Shown: positions 56,843 through 64,000 of the stretch, piece after piece
Numbering within the stretch: position 1 is the first letter of the stretch
How the letters are laid out: the number at the start of each line of letters is the position of its first letter
NCBI GenBank assembly: GCA_008632985.1
Contig: QPGO01000010.1
Coordinates: forward strand, 186,001-250,000
Source: Psammoneis japonica
Lineage: Eukaryota
DNA length: 64,000 nucleotides
Direction: 5' to 3'
Made by a program: the position numbers and the translations under genes
The notes under the pieces: model-generated
Told to the model about the DNA's origin: nothing
What the model saw: only the letters and a program-made list of their open reading frames with translations
The model's database searches: none

Positions 56843-59006
56843 ATGCTTCAAAGGGTCGGCAATAAAATTCCCCGCCGTGTTTTTCAGCATGGAAGAAGCT
56901 CACTTTTTAATGCAGGAGGAGCGATAACAAACCGATTCTTCGTGTCGCCCATGACGGGATGCTCACCGATATCAGGCGGTGCGCCGTCGTGCTTTTTTGC
57001 CAGTCTTGCCGAACATGCGAGGGCAGTTAGTGCAGGAACTGAAGTCAAACCCATGGCAAAAGTTCATAAGCAACTATGGGAGATCTACTTGGCTACGGGG
57101 CGAGGAGCCAATGCCTTGTTTGAAGCTATCGACATGGATGAGAAAGGCAGTGTCGACCCGAACGACCTTAAGGCCTTTATGGAAGAAGTCTTAGAGCCTG
57201 AAGAACCCAAGGAAATCATGCCTTATGCCTGGAACCGTCTCGAACAACGTGCTGCAAACAACCAACAGTATGATCAGCGTGCCTTTAAAAAGTGGTTGGT
57301 GGCGGCCACAAAGATGTCAGCCGACATGAAAAACAGTCGTTTCCTTGAGTATTTTAGTCATCACCCATCTACGGGAGTCATCAGTGATGCAGAGGAAGAA
57401 GATCCGAATTATACGTGGAACGAAGAAACCATGAGCCAGTCCCTGAGAAGAATGCAGTGAGTGAAAATCTAGAAATGGCGATCTCTTTCAGTAAACATGC
57501 CTGTTCAAGTGTCGGTGCTAACATACTGTTATCCTCATTCTACTTTGCACAAAAGGTACGCGGTGAGGGGCGAAGTTGTCATGCGAGCGGATCAACTTGC
57601 GGCACAGGGAAAAAACATTCTCTACACCAACATTGGAAACCCGCATCAAGTTGGACAATCACCAATTACGTATTATCGACAAGTCTTGGCATTATGTGAT
57701 CTACCTGCGGAGTGTGGAGTCGATCATCCAGATGTCTATCGTCTGTTTCCAAAGGATGTAGTGGAGCGAGCACGTGAGTATCGTGAAATTATTGGGCCGG
57801 CCGGAACGGGTGCCTACACGCACAGCCAAGGTTTGTTGGGACTCCGAAAGCATGTTGCGGAATACATTCAAAATAGAGATGGCTACCCGGCTTTCCCAGG
57901 AAATATCTTTTTGACCAACGGAGCATCGGCGGGTATTGCCATGGTGTTGCAAGGATTACTGGCCAACAATAATGACGCTGTCTTGATTCCTATCCCCCAA
58001 TATCCGATATACTCGGCGTTGATTGCCAAACTAGGCGGACGTCAGCTAGGCTATGAACTCGATGAATCGCTCAATTGGGCTGTATCGAGAGAGGAACTTG
58101 ACAAGCAGCTTGAAAAAGCCAAAAAGGAAGGCTTGGAGGTCAAGGCGATGGCCATGATCAACCCGGGTAACCCTTCAGGAAATGTTATGACTCACTGCGA
58201 CATTCAGGTTGTCCTCGAATTCTGCGCCGAAAATGGCATTGTGTTGCTGGCGGATGAAGTATACCAAGCCAATGTGTACGCCGATAGCGCTCAGTTTGTC
58301 AGTGCAAAGAAAGTTGCGTTGGATTGTGGGTTGAAAAATCTTCAACTGGTTAGTTTCCATTCCACAAGCAAAGGATTGATTGGCGAGTGCGGTAGACGCG
58401 GCGGATACATGGAATTGCACCAGTGAGTCTTATTACTATATTAGTTATGCATTGTTCCCTCGACTCTTGTCATCTCAACCTTGTGTCCATTCTTTTCTTA
58501 TTGCTTCTTCCAGCATTGACCCGTACGTACAATCACAGCTGTACAAGCTTGCAAGCTCGGAACTCTGCTCCGGCGTAGTTGGTCAGATCATGACATCGCT
58601 AATGATACGCCCACCAAAGGAAGGAGACGAGTCATACGCACTCTTTGAAAAAGAAACGCATGATATATACAATGGTCTGAAGGAGCGTTCCCAGAAGCTA
58701 GTTGAAGGACTGAATGAGATTCCAGGCATCACATGTGAAAAGGCCGAAGGTGCCATGTATGCTTTTCCAAAAGTTGATATTCCAGAGAAAGCTATTGAAA
58801 AAGCAAAGGAGCTAGGAACAACACCAGACAATCTGTATGCGCTCAGTTTGCTGGAGTCGACAGGAATCTGCGTCGTCCCGGCCTCTGGATTTGGTCAGGC
58901 AAAGGGGAGAGTTGGCTTCAGAACGACATTTCTGCATCCCGACACTCTAAAGGCGATCGCTTTGTTCCGAGAGCACCATGAAAAGTTCGTTAAGGAGTAT
59001 TCTTAG
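56843..59006 (+). CDS. Alanine (glutamate:glyoxylate-type) aminotransferase with N-terminal EF-hand; exons 56843-57456, 57556-58422, 58514-59006
   Basis: YAVRGEV, NIGNPH..GQ.PITYYRQVL, GAYTHSQG, FLTNGAS, INPGNPSG, LLADEVYQ, SFHSTSKGLIGECGRRGGY (PLP lysine), VVPASGFGQ...FRTTFL. Confidence 0.93.
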
Positions 59007-60407
59007 AGTTTATAAGGGCCATCCTTATTACCAAGCCCATCATCTCTAGCTGTCTACTTCGCTGTACTGGGTAGTCGTCAGGCCATTTGCTAAAAAATCT
59101 TTCCAAATCGAGAAGCGCTGCCACTTCGGATTGGATTTTGGTCACCCAGTAACCACTTGCAAGCGATGAACGGCAGAATGAGTAATTGATTGCAGTCTTG
59201 TTTTGTGCAAACAAAGCTTTTCTATGCAATTGTTGTCGGAACGAGATCGATATAGACAAAGAATTTTACTAGCAGCCACCAGCAAACTTCGAATCTACAG
59301 TCAAAAAAGTAGCAAGCATTGAATCATAATGCATATGGTAGTCCATTTACCAATCAAACATTTCCGTGATACTTCACTTTCCTTCACACGTCTCGTGTAC
59401 GAATCATTTCCGCTAGACGCTTCGCACACCACCAATGGCTTCTTCTTTGTTACATCGGAAGACACAACCGATTCTTGTTCCAACAAAAAGCTCTTCCTCT
59501 TTCCTCTGACTCCCGCGTCAATTTTCTCCTACACTTTTTCGGCTGGAATGCTTTCCGAAGAAACATTTGCTACAGGTAGAGTTTGCACCATATCCCTTCA
59601 GAGAACCGGCATTTAGGTGGAATTGTGCGGAAATTTTCATCAGGGAATCAGGGTTGAGTCATCCATCAGCTAAATTCGTCAGCTGCAGAACACTTGCTGA
59701 TGGATCGCACGCTTCAAATGTTTGCTCTTTATCAGACGCAACGACAACGGTGAGAATCAACAAGAACAAACTATAATCCAAACTTGAAACTTGAGGCGCC
59801 TGATGTTGACAAACCGGCGATGAGTACTACTACGGTTCGTCATTATTTCAGGAGCCGCCATTGTCGACTGCTAGCCCTATGTAGAAAGAGAGCGTGGAGG
59901 GTGGTGAAAAAGGTTCGGCCGCAGTCGCTGTGTTGCTCTGTGCGTTCCCCATGGTAGACCTTCTCCTGATACGTGCTTTCGATTGAAACTTGTGTAGATT
60001 TCAGTACTGCTCTACACGAAAGAGCTCGTGGTGGTGTGTCCCCAAATGTCCCCCGATGTCCCCACCTCCTGACAAAAACACGTGTTATTTACACGGGGAA
60101 AAAAGTGCAAATGCAACGATTGCAGCGATTGCAACGTTCCGGGTTACTAAAACATTAAATTCGAGCTCGTGCTTTACGTGTGACGCCGTACCAAACGTAC
60201 AACGTACTGTACTGTACGTACAGCCAGGCATGAGGAAAAAAATATCCGTTGGATTTTTCTGAAGTTTTGCCGGGTTTGCCGTTTGCCGACTCGGCTCGCC
60301 CTCACTCAAAACTCATTCTTGCCGACCAATCATCACATCACCGAGTTTTGATTGTGCTTGTTGTATTTGTATCATATACAATACACTCACCTGCATTCAT
60401 TCATTGT

Positions 60408-62225
60408 ATGCCTTTGACTTCGACTGAGCGTTCGCAACGCAGCAGACAACGCAGAAAACAGAGAGAAAAGGAGCGGCTCAAAAAGCAGAGAAGTCGAGCG
60501 AAGAAACGTCAAAATCAGCAGACAATGGCCTCTCCAGCCGCTTCGCCCGATGGCATCTACTCCCCTAATCCTCCGGTGGAAACTCCAGCGACGATGAGGA
60601 GAAACCCAGTTGTTCTGCTGTCTCCCATTGCCGAGGGGACCGCCCCCACTCCCGGGCCCATGACTCCTTTTCAACTGCAAATGTTAGAGCGAAGCCGTCA
60701 ACGCCAGCACGAGAATGCGATGGCTCATGCACGCACGCAAGACGCCATTTCGGAAAGGGCATACTCTGTGGCTGAGAGAGAGAGTGAAGATGAGCGCAAT
60801 TTTCAGCGTCAACTATGTGGTGGAGTCCTCCCCGAAGAATTCGAGGCAGCGTAAGTGCGAAACTCCTGTTTTGTTTTCAGAATACTCTTAAGGACCTTGA
60901 GTGCATTTGCTGCATCGTGATCTCAACATCTTTCTTCGTTGTGTATTGTGGTTTTCAGGGCTCTACCATCGTCGAGCACGCCTTCAAAGAAGCTAGCCTT
61001 TCCGGCAAACCAGGAGGACAGTGGCGCCAAGATCCCTGCGGTTTCTACTCCATCAAGTAGCACACCGTCACAAAGCAAGAAGCGCAAGACAGCGCCACCA
61101 TCTTGTGATGGTTCAAAGCGCGCTCGCGTCTCATCTACCCCGAAATCCCGGAGTGGCCAGTCTACGCCGCGATCCTCCTCCAAGAGCAACGTGGCGCTCC
61201 GAGCCGGGGGCAGCTCCAGGAAGAAAGCCCCCAAGTCGCTAACGTCGGTACCCACACCAGCCGAACTTGCGATTCAGCCCACCTTTGCCATGGCCGTTCG
61301 TTCGGATATTGATCGTAGCAACATCCTTTCCATAGGAAAGCCTGGCACGGGCGAATGGGTGTTCAAATTGAAAGAATACGTCGAGACGATTCACCGAGAC
61401 TACCCGGGCCGTGATGTCTACGTCGTTGGCTACCGAGACGAAGAGCGTCCCAACTTGTTGGATGAACAACAGCGCACGAGCGTACCGTTCTTTGCGGTTC
61501 ATACGTTGGAGAAAGGCTCCAAGGCGCCGAAGACCCTCGTGAGCAAGGACCTTGAGAAGAAGACGGAAGAATTCCAGAGTATTTCCTCAACGCCTTTCAA
61601 GTGGGTTTTGTTGCACACGTTTCCAACCGGCGAGACTGTGAACATGCTGGAGTTTGTGGGCAGATCCACCAAACGTTCGTCCATGAGCCAGTCCAGTATC
61701 ACATGCGGAGGCCACGTTTACTTTTCAGCACCATTCAATTGCAAGACAAACCCCGGAGACTCCTTTGAAATCACGATTGACGGCGAGGAATACTACTTCA
61801 GCGAGGATGTCTGGGATCTGGTAAAGCCGGGATTGAAAGAAGCTATCAAGAAATCATCGTTTGTCAACTTGCGTGATTGTTACTGTCACGCCAAGAAGGA
61901 AGAATTACTGTCGATAGCATTGCCATGCGCACTGGAAGCTTTCTTCGAGTACCACGATGACTTGGATCGCAGCCGCTACGAGGAGACCGTGAAGAACGGT
62001 ATATCCGAAATGTTTTGGAACTTCAGGAAAACGGTTGTCAGCCACGAAACGTCGTACGAGCAGTCAGATGCCAAGAAAGAAGACGCCATTCACTTCAAGA
62101 TTTACCCGCAGAACAATGAGCTTCGGGAGTACTTGCGTCACGGTAGCAACTCGTATCTTACTGCGTACGCCGGCAATGCCACGGTCGTCTACCCTAGCTT
62201 GGAAGAGACGCCGACCGAGGCTTAG
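60408..62225 (+). CDS. Hypothetical protein with a basic N-terminus; intron 60851-60958
   Basis: Two long ORFs join in frame across a GTAAGT...TTTTCAG intron; MPLTSTERSQRSRQRRKQREKER... start; no family recognised. Confidence 0.65.
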
Positions 62226-62937
62226 GATCGGCTTAGGATCGTTTCATTGTCCTTCCCCAACAAGATCTCTTGATTAAACGTCTCGAGAAATTTGCTTTTG
62301 TCACGGACAACCTACCAAATGTGCCGGAGACGACGGGGGGACCACTATGTTACTGTAGCATATCCATAAAATACCGTAGACTACTTTTCATCGTCTAGTT
62401 TGCAATGTTGCACAAGAACAGCATATTTTTCAAAAACGGACACACCTATAAAAGAAGCCTGACGGGGAAGGAGAATTGCAGTTGCTCTTCTACAAAAGTA
62501 GTACCTAGGAAACTCACCGAGATGTTCGGTTGAGCAAGAAACGTCACCGTCGACGACATTTTAAGCAATAGCCGCGTTGTCGAAAGTAGAGTTCATGATA
62601 GCGGCTTTCTGCTTCATGGTGCTAGGAGAAGTATCGATGGTAGCATCAACATCAGCGGCTTTTCTTTTTCAATTGACTTGGTATGGGACTATTTGACAAT
62701 TGTACACAGCACCATCCAAATCTATAGGATGATCTTGAGTCTTTCCGAGCTCAGGTACATCGTTTATGGTATTAGATTTGGTCTTGACGGTACCGGCACC
62801 AGAGCAGGAACCCCGACCGAAGCATTGGGATGTGTGGACCGCTACCGTCCATCGCAGTAGCTTTCGGCGTGATAGCGCCAGTAGAAACCTTTGTTCCAGT
62901 TTGTACACTACCGGCATCTGTCTATTATTCTCGTTAC

Positions 62938-63123
62938 AACCTACTACCTGAAGCCCTAGGACCTGTACTGTGCCTGTGGAGCTACGTTTGGTCGCTTTGT
63001 CGACCGCGTCTTTGGTCCATCTTGTACACAATCGGTCGATTACTCTCGTCTCGATCCACTACCTGAACACCTACAACTGTAACTGTGCCTGTGGAGCTCC
63101 GTTAGGTCGCTTTGTCGACCGCC
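62938..63123. repeat. Short ~65-bp direct repeat
   Basis: actacctgaa...actgtgcctgtggagct.cgtt.ggtcgctttgtcgaccgc at ~62945-63008 and ~63058-63123. Confidence 0.8.
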
Positions 63124-64000
63124 TCAATTATCTCTGCTCCGCTCGAGTCCACATTTGGGCCCAAAATGGTAGCGTCCTGGTTGCCACGGCGGCTTGTTGT
63201 TGTCTACGGGAGCGGTGATTGCCACTAAGGCCCGCGAAAAGGCCAGAATCTTCGGCACCAAATCACAAGGATAGTCATTTTGCGACAACCAAGGACTATA
63301 AACGGCATAGGTACTGTTCACACCGGTAGCAGGCTCTGAGTCTGAGTCGAGAAGAGGAGCCTACTACTCAAAGATGTGTTAGACGCCGATTGCGGAAGAT
63401 TTATAGCCAACGTCAAGCGACTTTGCAATGGGAGCAGCAAGAGAAGCCTCCATCCGTAGTGGAGGCGACATCCTGGACGTGGGATGTCCACAAAACTCCC
63501 ACAATAGATCACAACAATCTCAAGAGACGGCAGAAGGTCAATCACACACAAAAGTAGAAGTAGCAACACCTAAGACCAACGACATGCATGCTGCAACGTT
63601 GCAATGAAGAATAATTCTCGACAACCCCGCGCAAAAATGACACACTTCCAACAAAGTATGGCCACGTAGCTTAATCTTCGTATCTTGTAATTTCCAGTGA
63701 TATCTATCCGGTGCACTTCGGTCATTGCTTGTCCCAGGCAGCCCTTGTGTTCCATTTTTCGACGGAGGCCTGAATTAACTTCGGGTTGATGTAGAGTTCG
63801 TGAGAGCGGTTGTATTCAGCAAAAGCGAGCATCGTGCTTGGAAATGTTAGGGAAATCTGAAGCTTGCTTCTTAGCGTGTATTAACGTGGAATGACAGAAA
63901 CTTCATCATGGATACGCTCCAAAAGACGATTGAACTTAACAGCTTCGCTCTTCGCGTTTCTTTCTTGTAGATCGTGTCGGAAGCTGTGTGGGCAAAGGAT

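Noticed and set aside
62400..64000. Minus-strand coding-like fragments
   Set aside because: Multiple stops and frameshifts, no recognisable domain, truncated by the window edge.

Overview
Eukaryotic genomic DNA, very probably a pennate diatom. Evidence: short GT-AG introns, bipartite plastid-targeting N-termini, a DUF6824 protein and helicase-associated (HA) repeats. Two compositional states alternate. Normal gene-rich DNA (about 1-4.9 kb, 11.65-14.5 kb and 30.9-64 kb) encodes a lone lipoyl-like domain protein, a PAP/fibrillin, a CBM20-TPS-TPP trehalose enzyme, a phytol-kinase-like protein, DUF6824, CREST-type, GNAT and histidine-phosphatase proteins, a bacterial-like macro/SIR2 protein, an EF-hand-fused alanine aminotransferase and several hypotheticals, plus two small inverted-repeat elements. 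Two large blocks (about 4.9-11.64 kb and 14.54-30.85 kb) have lost nearly all CpG and nearly all TpA and are rich in TpG/CpA. Decayed genes inside them show Tyr->Cys/His, Arg->Trp/Cys and DGTW->DGAW changes, consistent with both CpG->TpG/CpA and TpA->TpG/CpA transitions. Surviving TpAs sit mostly in TTA/TAA contexts. The main candidate novelty is therefore a region-restricted, 'reverse-RIP-like' hypermutation process. The blocks also hold a 9-bp microsatellite, a ~185-bp satellite and local duplications. All protein assignments are from motif recognition by eye; no searches were run.
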